This document shows, one piece after another, positions 55,885-64,000 of a stretch of DNA of 64,000 nt (positions within the stretch are counted from its first letter, which is position 1; each line of letters begins with the position of its first letter). Source of the stretch: a virus. Made by a program: the position numbers and the translations under genes. The notes beneath the pieces are model-generated. The model ran no database searches. It was not told where the DNA came from and saw only the letters and a program-made list of their open reading frames with translations. The stretch covers positions 64,001 through 128,000 of IMG/VR virus record IMGVR_UViG_3300020162_002681, one strand, 5' to 3'.

Positions 55885-57559
55885 TGATGTCGTCGCAGTT
55901 GGGGAAGGTGTCGGTGAATATGAGGAGGTCATTTGCTTCATTATACTCTGAGCTGTACTTACGAGCAAACGCATCAGCCGCCCAATATTCGTCTTCAGTA
56001 AGGAGGTTATTCTTGTCATCGCCAAATATCATTATAGTGTTGTTGCTTGTTTTTTGGCTGAGGTAGCCTATAGCATACGCTGTGCAATCTACCCACTCGT
56101 TAGTTGAAAACAGAGGAAATCCAACCAGCTCGTTGATAGCGTGGTCAGGGTCGTAAGTTTCATCTAAGGTGTAGTCCGTCGAGTGAGGTTTGTAAAAATA
56201 TAGTTGCCCATTCTTGATGAAGGGTACAGCCGCACCAAATCGCTTTTCTTTGTCAGCTTGTGCCTTACCCCCCCATTCGCTAGGTCTGAAAGGGACAATG
56301 TTGGGATACTCACTGGCAAGCAATCGCATCACTGCTTCACCATTAGCTTTTGCCTCAACACCAATTTCAGCTTCAGGATACTTCTTGGCTAACTTTTTGA
56401 TAGCAGTCATTTGCCCCACAATATCCAGCTTAGCTCGAATACCGTCAATCACATAATAGCTGTCTTCTTTTCTGCCCACCACAGCACCGAGGTTCCAGCT
56501 CGTAGAAGCGGTTGATGCCGAAAAGGTTAAGTCCCACATAATAATCATCGAGTCCATCTTAGTCGGCTTCTGAGACACAATGCGAATATCTTTCTCGTCG
56601 AGCGTGATGCCCTTACCACCACCTGAAGGGTCTTGCTGGAATAAGGTCTTGCGTCTAATTGGGTTGATTGTGTTGAGATAACTGAGAGGTAGGCGTATTT
56701 TGTCCATAAGCTCACCTTCAGTCTTACGTGGGTCGTTCCACTTAGCTCCAAGAGGGGAAAAGTATGTCTTACGAGCAGCAAACTCAGCAGGGATACAAAG
56801 CTCGAAGAAGCCGTCTTCACCTCTGTATTTCTCGAATAAGTGAGCAATCAAGTCATCATCACCAAGACGCTGACAAATAGCTATCTTGATGTCTTCATTA
56901 ACATCATTGGTACGCCCGAATAACTGGTCAGTCACCCATGAGTTTCTGTCTCTTCGGATACTCTCATTTTTGTACATTGTCTCATCAATAATATCGTCGA
57001 TGAGGAAGACTGTTGCTCCATTACCAATAATCCCAGTCTCAGGTGAGGATATGTTAATTGCACCATATGCAGTGTTTGTTACTTCTTTTTTAGTTGATTG
57101 GTCATCAGATAACTTAAAGGAGTATTGAGGACTATTTGGATTACAGTATCTATCCTTGTACTTAGGGTTGTTGATAATATTTCTAGTCCCAAGTAAGTTT
57201 TTGGTACATAGGTCTAGTTTGTGGGACGACAGGAAGAAACGCTCTTCGGGATGACTAATCCATCTATATGCAGGGGCTGAAACCGAGGCTATTGTTGACT
57301 TTGAGCTGCGGGGTGATACAGTAATTGCAAGCTTTCTTATCTGTCTATTTAGTGCTGCCTCGATATGTTCAGCAATACAATCAATGTGCCAATTAGATGT
57401 TAAGTTTGTACCTTGATGAAATCCCCATGACCAAGGAAAGAAATGTCGTAGCTTCTTACTCGCTTTTTCTGCCAACACATCATCGAGCGCATCAGTCATC
57501 TGCCGAAGTTCAGCTTCGCTCATGTCATTAGATTGTTTTTGTGTGGTTCTTGCTGCCAT
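55868..57559 (-). CDS. terL: Terminase large subunit
   Basis: NWHID, Walker A variant SPRSSKS, Walker B FLIDD, QRL..DD, nuclease WDLTF...VEAKANG...VD. Confidence 0.93.
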   Translation of the reverse strand: MAARTTQKQSNDMSEAELRQMTDALDDVLAEKASKKLRHFFPWSWGFHQGTNLTSNWHIDCIAEHIEAALNRQIRKLAITVSPRSSKSTIASVSAPAYRWISHPEERFFLSSHKLDLCTKNLLGTRNIINNPKYKDRYCNPNSPQYSFKLSDDQSTKKEVTNTAYGAINISSPETGIIGNGATVFLIDDIIDETMYKNESIRRDRNSWVTDQLFGRTNDVNEDIKIAICQRLGDDDLIAHLFEKYRGEDGFFELCIPAEFAARKTYFSPLGAKWNDPRKTEGELMDKIRLPLSYLNTINPIRRKTLFQQDPSGGGKGITLDEKDIRIVSQKPTKMDSMIIMWDLTFSASTASTSWNLGAVVGRKEDSYYVIDGIRAKLDIVGQMTAIKKLAKKYPEAEIGVEAKANGEAVMRLLASEYPNIVPFRPSEWGGKAQADKEKRFGAAVPFIKNGQLYFYKPHSTDYTLDETYDPDHAINELVGFPLFSTNEWVDCTAYAIGYLSQKTSNNTIMIFGDDKNNLLTEDEYWAADAFARKYSSEYNEANDLLIFTDTFPNCDDINGISF

Positions 57560-57607
57560 GTGTATATTGTGATATATTGTGTAAGTATATCATTAGGATG
57601 AATTTGA

Positions 57608-57850
57608 ATGGTTCCAGACTATTTTCACCAAAAAGCTGCATACAATCATAAAAAAGATGATAACGTTGCTGTATCTAAAGGTTTCCAAGATTTTATAGAT
57701 ACGTTACCTAAGACTTATGAACCTAAAGATATTCGGATTGGTTCTAAAGTACCCATGACCTACAAAGAGCGTGTAAAGTACTTGCACAATTCTGAGTTAG
57801 GTAAATTAATGGGTTTTAAACAAGATGGCTCGATTCAAAGTTCAGATTAA
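57608..57850 (+). CDS. Hypothetical protein
   Basis: First of a tightly overlapping plus-strand run divergent from terL. Confidence 0.5.
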   Translation: MVPDYFHQKAAYNHKKDDNVAVSKGFQDFIDTLPKTYEPKDIRIGSKVPMTYKERVKYLHNSELGKLMGFKQDGSIQSSD

Positions 57851-58172
57851 AGGCAGCATACTCAAGCAGCCAATGAAGCGCTACATTCCTCCAGATGTTA
57901 TTGGTGTGCAGTTCTTGATTGATTTTGCTAAGTGTGATGCTAAGAATCCTCATACTATTGAATACTTGAAGGTCATAGTACCGACAGAAAAGAATGTGGT
58001 AGCTGCCAATGCCGTAATGGTGTGGACAGTATTGCATAAAGAGCTAGACTTGAAGCTCTATAGCCCTAAGCAGAGCGTGGTAGACTACATAGACAATCAC
58101 CTCACTCCGTTCGGGGTGCAGAAAAAAGAGATTAGGAGATGTGAAGCTAGTGGCACAATACAGAGTAACTAA
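57825..58172 (+). CDS. Hypothetical protein
   Basis: 115-aa ORF overlapping neighbours. Confidence 0.55.
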   Translation: MARFKVQIKGSILKQPMKRYIPPDVIGVQFLIDFAKCDAKNPHTIEYLKVIVPTEKNVVAANAVMVWTVLHKELDLKLYSPKQSVVDYIDNHLTPFGVQKKEIRRCEASGTIQSN

Positions 58173-58359
58173 GCTCGATGATGAGTTGTGGGGTGTTCAG
58201 CAAAAGGTATTGTTATGGTGGCTAAACTACAGCGTTGTACAGTGGGTGTCTGAGAACAATTTCCATTCTGTACCTGAGAAGATGGCAGTTGTCTTTTTGT
58301 CTGAGCGAGAAGCTGAAGATTTTGTCGAATTAATGAATAAGAGGGAATTAAATGTCTAG
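58141..58359 (+). CDS. Hypothetical protein
   Basis: 72 aa, YRVTK...VQQKVLLWW...F.SEREAEDF pattern common in small phage proteins. Confidence 0.5.
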   Translation: MKLVAQYRVTKLDDELWGVQQKVLLWWLNYSVVQWVSENNFHSVPEKMAVVFLSEREAEDFVELMNKRELNV

Positions 58360-59077
58360 TCCAATCGAGCAAAAGTTAAAATCACTACGCAACTTGAATA
58401 GTGGTCAGCCCGAATTACAAAAGCTAACTATTCACAAACTCAGCAAGACAAGCTGGGTCAACTGGAATCATATTAGGCAAGCGTATATTCTTGGCAAGCG
58501 TATTGAAGAGTTCGACGAGGAGACGGGGCATACACGAATTTGGTCTGAGAGCTACAACTTAGAGGAACTGGCACGAGAGTTTGGTGTTGGTGTCAGTCAG
58601 CTAACGAAGAAATCTGCAATTGAAGGTTGGGGTGGATTGCGCGATAGCTATTTGGCGCGAGTACAGGAGGAGGCGCTTGGTACTGAGCTTGGCTATTTCA
58701 CTAATGAGGAGAGCGAGACTGAGGCAAACAGCTTGGCTATCATTCGTAAGGGTATGAAGCTGATTAACTTGGGACTTGAGCAAGAGTACGGAGACTTACT
58801 TGAGGCTGTGGACGCTGATGGTGATGTGGACTTGCGTGAATATAGTAAGGTCAACTTGAAGGCTTTAGCTGAGGGAATCAAGGGGTTGAAAGCACTGCAT
58901 GAACTACATGGCAAGATAATGGAAAATGCCCCTAAAACTAATCAGGAGCTGCTAGAACAATTGAATCGCAGTAAGACGGTGGAGAGACTAAAGAATCCTA
59001 AAGAACGTGAGAAACTGCAAAAGGAGCTACAAAAGAAATTGCAACTCCTTAGTCAGATTGAAGAGGATGAGGACTAA
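58352..59077 (+). CDS. terS: Terminase small subunit-like protein
   Basis: NWNHIRQAYILG...LEELAREFGV...KKSAIEGW N-terminal HTH plus helical oligomerisation region; near terL. Confidence 0.65.
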   Translation: MSSPIEQKLKSLRNLNSGQPELQKLTIHKLSKTSWVNWNHIRQAYILGKRIEEFDEETGHTRIWSESYNLEELAREFGVGVSQLTKKSAIEGWGGLRDSYLARVQEEALGTELGYFTNEESETEANSLAIIRKGMKLINLGLEQEYGDLLEAVDADGDVDLREYSKVNLKALAEGIKGLKALHELHGKIMENAPKTNQELLEQLNRSKTVERLKNPKEREKLQKELQKKLQLLSQIEEDED

Positions 59078-60048
59078 GCTAAGTTGTCCATGTCTTGATA
59101 TGCTTTACGTCTCTTGTACATGGTGTTGCTAACCCTTGCGGCGTTCTCACCAGCAAGACCTAAACTTCCGCCGACAACTCCACCAGCAGCAGTGTTACCA
59201 AGAACTTTGCCAAGCCGACCTAATCCTGTAGTGTTAGCTTTTTCTTCTTCTGTCTCACCAATGCCAGCTCCTCTAGCCAGCCCAGCAGCAGCCCCAAGCC
59301 CTGCGCCAATCTGTACACCTCTAGTTGCACCAAATGCTTGAGCCGTATCCTTAAGTGCGCCTCCAGCAGCTTTAGCGTTGTTTAAGTAAGGCTGAGCTTT
59401 GTTTAGCATTGAAGGTAATGGGTTTGTAAAACCGAAGTTAGCGAAGTGTTGCATGTTTTTGTGTTGTGTGAAATTGATTCTACTATTGTAGCCTGTCATA
59501 AATGGCTTGCCTAATCTCTTAGCCGCATATAGGTTCTTTACTTCAGCTTCGTCATACTTATCTTTAATATTCTCAATTGCTGCATTATCGATAAGCCTAG
59601 CTTCGCGACGCTTTGGGTTGGGGTGTACTATATTTCCTTCGTGTATATCGACATGACCAAGATTTTGCTCACGTAGACGATTTTGGATACGACCAACTTG
59701 GCTCCCCAGTTTATACTGCTCCTTTGGTGCTATACCTTTTAATTTGTTAGGTAGAGGTTGACCAGCGTAATCTTGCGTGTAGGAGGTCATATTGCCACGT
59801 TCACGGTAGTTTTGCACTGGAGGCACTAGTCCTGTCGTTGTAGCTGCTTTACCTGCATTTGTATATTCTTTTCTACTGGCTTTTATGGCTGCTGCTCTGA
59901 CTTGAGGTGACTCAGGGTAGTAAGTACCGTCAGGGAGAATGTTGTCGATGCGTACCTTGTTTGTGGCAGGGAAATGTAGTACACGCTTATCTGGTGTGAG
60001 AAGAAGTGCTTTGGCGTTACGGATACGAGCGAAGGATGAGATGTTCAT
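59074..60048 (-). CDS. Protein-kinase-like domain fused via MQHFANF to a Gly-zipper hairpin module
   Basis: KEY, HVDIHEGNIV and RLIDNA kinase-fold motifs; internal MQHFANF at ATG 59454; C-terminal module homologous to those in 39422..41074. Confidence 0.7.
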   Translation of the reverse strand: MNISSFARIRNAKALLLTPDKRVLHFPATNKVRIDNILPDGTYYPESPQVRAAAIKASRKEYTNAGKAATTTGLVPPVQNYRERGNMTSYTQDYAGQPLPNKLKGIAPKEQYKLGSQVGRIQNRLREQNLGHVDIHEGNIVHPNPKRREARLIDNAAIENIKDKYDEAEVKNLYAAKRLGKPFMTGYNSRINFTQHKNMQHFANFGFTNPLPSMLNKAQPYLNNAKAAGGALKDTAQAFGATRGVQIGAGLGAAAGLARGAGIGETEEEKANTTGLGRLGKVLGNTAAGGVVGGSLGLAGENAARVSNTMYKRRKAYQDMDNLA

Positions 60049-60050
60049 GT

Positions 60051-60416
60051 TTAAAATACTTTGTAGAGGATGTCGGGATTCAGCTCCATAATTTTTAACG
60101 ACTCTCTGCTAAGAGGTGTCCTGTCTGAGGTACAGAAATATAACTTAGTACGTGATTCGTTGTAATGCATTGCGTAGTGCCTGAGCTGGGAAATTGCAGA
60201 CTTCAAGCTATTTGAATCATTCTTTCTCTTGCATTCGATAATGTGCCAACAAACACCGCCATTAGGCAAGTATTCGCGCACCAAGCAATCTATACGTCCT
60301 GTGGGTACTTTTACCTCAGTCTGCACAACAAAGCCGCTAGAGCGCATAAAACTGGCAACTGCGTCTCTGGTATATTTCTCAAGCGGTATATTACTTGTTT
60401 TGCGCTTAGCAGCCAT
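60051..60416 (-). CDS. PD-(D/E)xK nuclease-family protein
   Basis: TEVKVPTGRIDCL...IIECK...AISQLRHY. Confidence 0.75.
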   Translation of the reverse strand: MAAKRKTSNIPLEKYTRDAVASFMRSSGFVVQTEVKVPTGRIDCLVREYLPNGGVCWHIIECKRKNDSNSLKSAISQLRHYAMHYNESRTKLYFCTSDRTPLSRESLKIMELNPDILYKVF

Positions 60417-60640
60417 TAGCTTTTGATACGTTCGATGAGTTCTTTAGATTGATTCTGTTTAGCTAACGCCTTGGGCATGAGAGGGGGCTTGGCGACTTGC
60501 TTCTTCATTGCTTTGTCGGCTTTTTTGCCTGTGAACGATTTGAGGTCGGTTAGTGATGGTGGGAAGATGCTGGGTAGCTTGGTGTCTGGCTTCTTGGTCG
60601 TTGTTGGGGTGATGTCGTTCATATTTATGGTTAGGGGCAA
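60416..60640 (-). CDS. Small basic hypothetical protein
   Basis: K/P-rich ORF in the operon run; start uncertain. Confidence 0.45.
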   Translation of the reverse strand: MPLTINMNDITPTTTKKPDTKLPSIFPPSLTDLKSFTGKKADKAMKKQVAKPPLMPKALAKQNQSKELIERIKS

Positions 60641-61038
60641 GTGTCTCCTATGTTTATTCTATCGTACTGAGCTTCGGGCAAGTCTTTGCGAGTCTGGTCA
60701 TCACACTCAATGATGTAGCTGAAATCTTGAGTGAAGAACTTGCGCGATACTTTTGCTGCTGGAGGTGTGAAGGTGGTAACTGTCTTGCTGTCGCCAATCT
60801 TAACCGAGTTGTAGGTCGCTTGCGTTACTAGGTCGTAAGAGCCGTCGCTATAGTAGAGGTAATATTTGTCAGGTAAGGTGAATTGCTTGGCTGTGACGTT
60901 GACATGAGCGGATGAAGTAGTGGAAGACGAAGTGGAGCTGTTTAGTCCTCGGTTGAGTTCGTCGAGTTCGGGGCAACCTACTAAAAGGGGCGTGAGCAAG
61001 AGGGCGAGAATTGACGAAGTGGGGAGTAGCTTAATCAT
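60631..61038 (-). CDS. Lipoprotein with two tandem ~40-aa repeats
   Basis: Signal with LVGC lipobox, Ser/Thr linker, repeats ending YNSVKIGD and YDRINIGD. Confidence 0.7.
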   Translation of the reverse strand: MIKLLPTSSILALLLTPLLVGCPELDELNRGLNSSTSSSTTSSAHVNVTAKQFTLPDKYYLYYSDGSYDLVTQATYNSVKIGDSKTVTTFTPPAAKVSRKFFTQDFSYIIECDDQTRKDLPEAQYDRINIGDTCP

Positions 61039-61453
61039 ATTTGAATTTGTTGCTGTGTTGTTGTTGAACTAATGTGCTGATGTAGTTGAGGATTGAGAAC
61101 ATAGTATTCTTAACGATTTCTTCTCGAAGAAGTTCTGAGTAAAACACGTTGTTGTACTCAGGAATGTTTAGCTTGCCTAGTTGTTTAATTGTACCTTCAA
61201 AGTCCACTTCTTTAGGCAGCTCGAACCACTCGTTGAAGAAGTCGAAGGTATCGGATAGTTCTTGCTCGGTGAGAAATTCCTCGAAGGCAAGGAGCATGTT
61301 GGGTGTTCCGTTGTCCCAGATGGGAGGTACTGGTAGATGCATGAAAGCAGCTTGGACTAGAGGGGCTTGACCTAATGCAACGTAAGCCAGTTTTTTGCTG
61401 GGATGCAGGAATATTTGGATTTGCTGTTTGCGGGTGATTTTAGTGGTGTTCAT
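61031..61453 (-). CDS. Hypothetical protein
   Basis: 140-aa ORF overlapping the next gene. Confidence 0.55.
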   Translation of the reverse strand: MNTTKITRKQQIQIFLHPSKKLAYVALGQAPLVQAAFMHLPVPPIWDNGTPNMLLAFEEFLTEQELSDTFDFFNEWFELPKEVDFEGTIKQLGKLNIPEYNNVFYSELLREEIVKNTMFSILNYISTLVQQQHSNKFKYD

Positions 61454-61489
61454 GGTTTTGGTTTTAGATTAGGTAGATAAATGTCTGTG

Positions 61490-62170
61490 TCATGACTTTG
61501 TGTAGTAAATAGCTCTAGATGTGTCTTTGCGTTCTGTGTAGCCTAAATCTTCCATAATAGATTTAAGGAGCTTCTGTGTACTGTCTGGATAGCCTTCGCA
61601 AGCTTTCTTGATATCTTTAAGGAAGATGCGAGTACGTTTTTTTGTTGTGTAGGTTGAGAAATAGTTTTCAAGATACTCTTCGACGAAATTAACAAGGATA
61701 TTATCTTGTCTACGCAAAATTGCAAAATACCTCTTAATTCCAGTTAATAGTACTCCGTAAGGTATATGCCCAGAAAAATAGTTTTGTAAGTCTATTGACA
61801 AGAATGCTATACAGTCGTCTCCATCTTTTATTGGAGAGTTTTTGTAGAGTAGCCGCTTATCTTCTGCATCATAGCTAAATTTGTCTACAAGGTGGGGGGC
61901 AGTCACAAAAAACTTAGCTAACTTGGTTTCGGTTACTCTGGTATCTTTGGCACTTTCAATTAACTCACGTAATTGTGCGTTAGTTTGTTCCTGATTCTTA
62001 ACTACACTATCTAAATTTTTTACTGTCTCAGCAAGAGTACCTAGAACTACGCTAAGAACATACCTGTAGTTTTCAGTGTTGGCAGCTTCTAAAATTGCCT
62101 CACTGTCTATGGGTCTGGTAGCAAGTGATGTTTCAATTGTATCAGCCTCTATGGGGTTTGCATACTTCAT
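61490..62170 (-). CDS. Hypothetical protein, coiled coil plus possible C-terminal winged helix
   Basis: 226 aa; LKSIMEDLGYTERK...YY terminus; TGCTATACTTA upstream. Confidence 0.55.
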   Translation of the reverse strand: MKYANPIEADTIETSLATRPIDSEAILEAANTENYRYVLSVVLGTLAETVKNLDSVVKNQEQTNAQLRELIESAKDTRVTETKLAKFFVTAPHLVDKFSYDAEDKRLLYKNSPIKDGDDCIAFLSIDLQNYFSGHIPYGVLLTGIKRYFAILRRQDNILVNFVEEYLENYFSTYTTKKRTRIFLKDIKKACEGYPDSTQKLLKSIMEDLGYTERKDTSRAIYYTKS

Positions 62171-62209
62171 ATCTATCTTTATTACTATTTAATAAGTATA
62201 GCATAACCA

Positions 62210-62240
62210 ACAGCATAGAAAAACTATGCTGTCTTTTTCT
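62210..62240 (+). terminator. Hairpin with U-tract
   Basis: ACAGCATAG-AAAAA-CTATGCTGT followed by CTTTTTCT. Confidence 0.6.
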
Positions 62241-63259
62241 GTTTGTAAACTATTGGTAGTCGAGAAAAAGCTAGCGGTATGTCAGGTGTTTGCTGCCTAT
62301 ACTTTCAAATTTGCATACTTATTGAAGTGCCTCAAACGTCGAGAAATCGTTGAATAACCATTGTTTTTGGTGCGCCTTATATTACTGCTTCTTCTTCTGG
62401 TAATCCAAACTTCTACTACTGCTAGGTATGTTTTAGCCATGCGGCGCTTGAGCCAGTACCTCAGTATCTTCCCTATTTAGCATATGAATCTACCCGTTTT
62501 GCCGTACTATCTATGTCATTTCACGATATGTATGAAAGCCCGTCGGCGGTGAGACAATGCTGTGATGGCGCAAACTCGTTGGTATATGTGTAGATGATTG
62601 CAATTGCAACTATGTTGAGGCTGAAATGTAGAGTAGGTTGAAGCAAGTGGGGCAAACTATCATCTCTCGTTTAACTCTCGTATATACGAAGATAACATAG
62701 TTCTCCATTATCCCTCATATCGTGCTATAATCCTTACAGTGAAAGCGTTACAGCCTAATCACTACTCTCTCACACAAACATTACTAAGGAGAAATTAAAA
62801 TGTATTCAGTAAATATTCGTTCAATAAATAGCATATTCAATTTGTTGCATAGCCTAAAAATCGCTCTCATGACTTGCGAGTTAGTAAATGCCCAAACATA
62901 CCTAAAGACATTTTTAAGTAGCTTAGCGGTCAAACTGCATAATACAGAATTACATATATGCAATTGCAAGAAGTGCACATACAAAATCTTGAAACATGTA
63001 CGCGCTATATATGTTAATACGAAATTTACGGGACAAAAAAGAATTTTCAAACTTTTTTCTCTATACGCTGTAAGACTTTCAGGCACTTTTAAACGGGTAC
63101 ATACTGTAAGGGGGGTTTACATTCTACGCGATAGGGTTTATATTGATTCACATGAGATACGAGATAAGCAAAGCCAAGCGGTTAAACGCAAAGTCAAGCT
63201 CTCTATCCTATAGCTGACTTGGTTTCTAGCTAACCTGAAAAAGATTTATTCAAAAAGGG

Positions 63260-63288
63260 TTGACATTCAAAAAGAAACCTACTAAGCT
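63260..63288 (+). promoter_or_regulatory. Sigma70-type early promoter TTGACA-N17-TAAGCT
   Basis: Perfect -35, 17-bp spacer, A/T-rich upstream. Confidence 0.7.
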
Positions 63289-63328
63289 ACTAAAGCGAAC
63301 TAAAAAATCGCAAAACAACAAAAAAGAG

Positions 63329-63374
63329 CGCTTAACTCTTAAATATTAAGCGATTGAACCTTGAAAACTGAATA
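63329..63374 (+). promoter_or_regulatory. boxB-like hairpin plus rrn-type boxA antitermination signal
   Basis: CGCTTAA/TTAAGCG stem then GAACCTTGAAAACTGAATA, matching the cyanobacterial rRNA-operon boxA. Confidence 0.7.
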
Positions 63375-63671
63375 TAGACTAGCGTTAAATCGCATCAAGT
63401 AATCAGTCTTGAGCGTCAAAACTTAGTACCTGTGTAAAAGATATCCTGTGATAAGGTTACGAGTGGAAAAGTACGGTTAGTCAGCTTATCTAGATAGCCT
63501 AGCAAACTACTAGAGACGCTTGCATTATTGCTTAGTGTGAGGCTGAAAAGCTTGTAACACTTATAAAGAGAAGGGTAGGCGTTATTCAACCGCTAAACCT
63601 TAAAAAGTTTTTTCGGAAAAATTTCGCTAAACCTCTTAGTCGTGCTTACTGTGCTGTTAGGGACTAACGAT

Positions 63672-63914
63672 ATGTTAACTACCGAACAATACAAATTACT
63701 AGAAACATTATCTAGCGATGACATCAGACTAATCAAGAGCGCTGTTACTTCTGACAACGTTCTAAACAAAACACGCTTTATTAAAATAGGCGATGCAATG
63801 AAAACCCATAAACTCATAGAGAGAGGGATTATTGAGTCATACACAATAGACGGAAAATATAAAACAAGCGTTACAAAGGAATATTTTTCTTTGGCTTGCA
63901 GACTAGCATCATAA
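63672..63914 (+). CDS. Small hypothetical protein, possible winged helix
   Basis: MLTTEQYKLLETL...KLIERGIIE...VTK; likely ATG at 63672. Confidence 0.5.
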   Translation: MLTTEQYKLLETLSSDDIRLIKSAVTSDNVLNKTRFIKIGDAMKTHKLIERGIIESYTIDGKYKTSVTKEYFSLACRLAS

Positions 63915-64000
63915 AACACCAATTATCAACAGCACAGCAAACACGATTAAGAACTCTCTATAAGTCACACTGTAAGCGCTTAAAACATTCTGAGAATATA

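Noticed and set aside
33533-62170. MKYAN starts (34231, 62170), the terminal AQF of the HU-like protein and scattered ASF/ADF in tail proteins as members of the tag family
   Set aside because: They lack the Phe or occur at chance-level frequency away from domain edges
62784-63213. ORFs 62784..63086 and 62800..63213
   Set aside because: Mutually antisense with atypical composition in an AT-rich intergenic region; not supported
1-64000. CRISPR array, DGR, retron, integrase or IS element
   Set aside because: No spaced direct repeats, reverse transcriptase, recombinase or transposase motifs seen

Overview
A 64-kb segment of a large tailed dsDNA phage, probably lytic and siphovirus-like (1923-aa tape measure; no sheath or integrase seen). 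The host is most likely a filamentous cyanobacterium, judged from a cyanobacterial-type endolysin N-domain, a small RHH gene, an rrn-type boxA and apparent GATC avoidance. The window holds most virion genes, mainly on the minus strand: TerL, TerS-like, MuF-like head protein, Mu gpI-like prohead protease, scaffold, decoration protein, major capsid, connector, tail chaperone pair, tape measure, LamG/FN3 tail-tip and fibre proteins, and a displaced portal. It also has lysis genes, a 7-tRNA cluster with an antisense HNH gene and a candidate structured ncRNA, two GIY-YIG endonucleases, and a non-coding right end with a strong promoter followed by boxB/boxA. The main candidate new system is a short motif, A-[N/D/E/S]-F, often extended as [Q/K]HF-x-[N/D/E]-F. 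It marks the protease, the scaffold and a dispersed set of modular proteins, and it falls at the boundaries of glycine-zipper, KTSC-like and kinase-like modules. This suggests capsid-targeted, protease-processed cargo polyproteins (inference). A second notable item is a 52-aa peptide carrying an exact 8-residue copy (GRDWLAYI) of a major capsid segment. All calls come from reading the sequence by eye; no searches were run.
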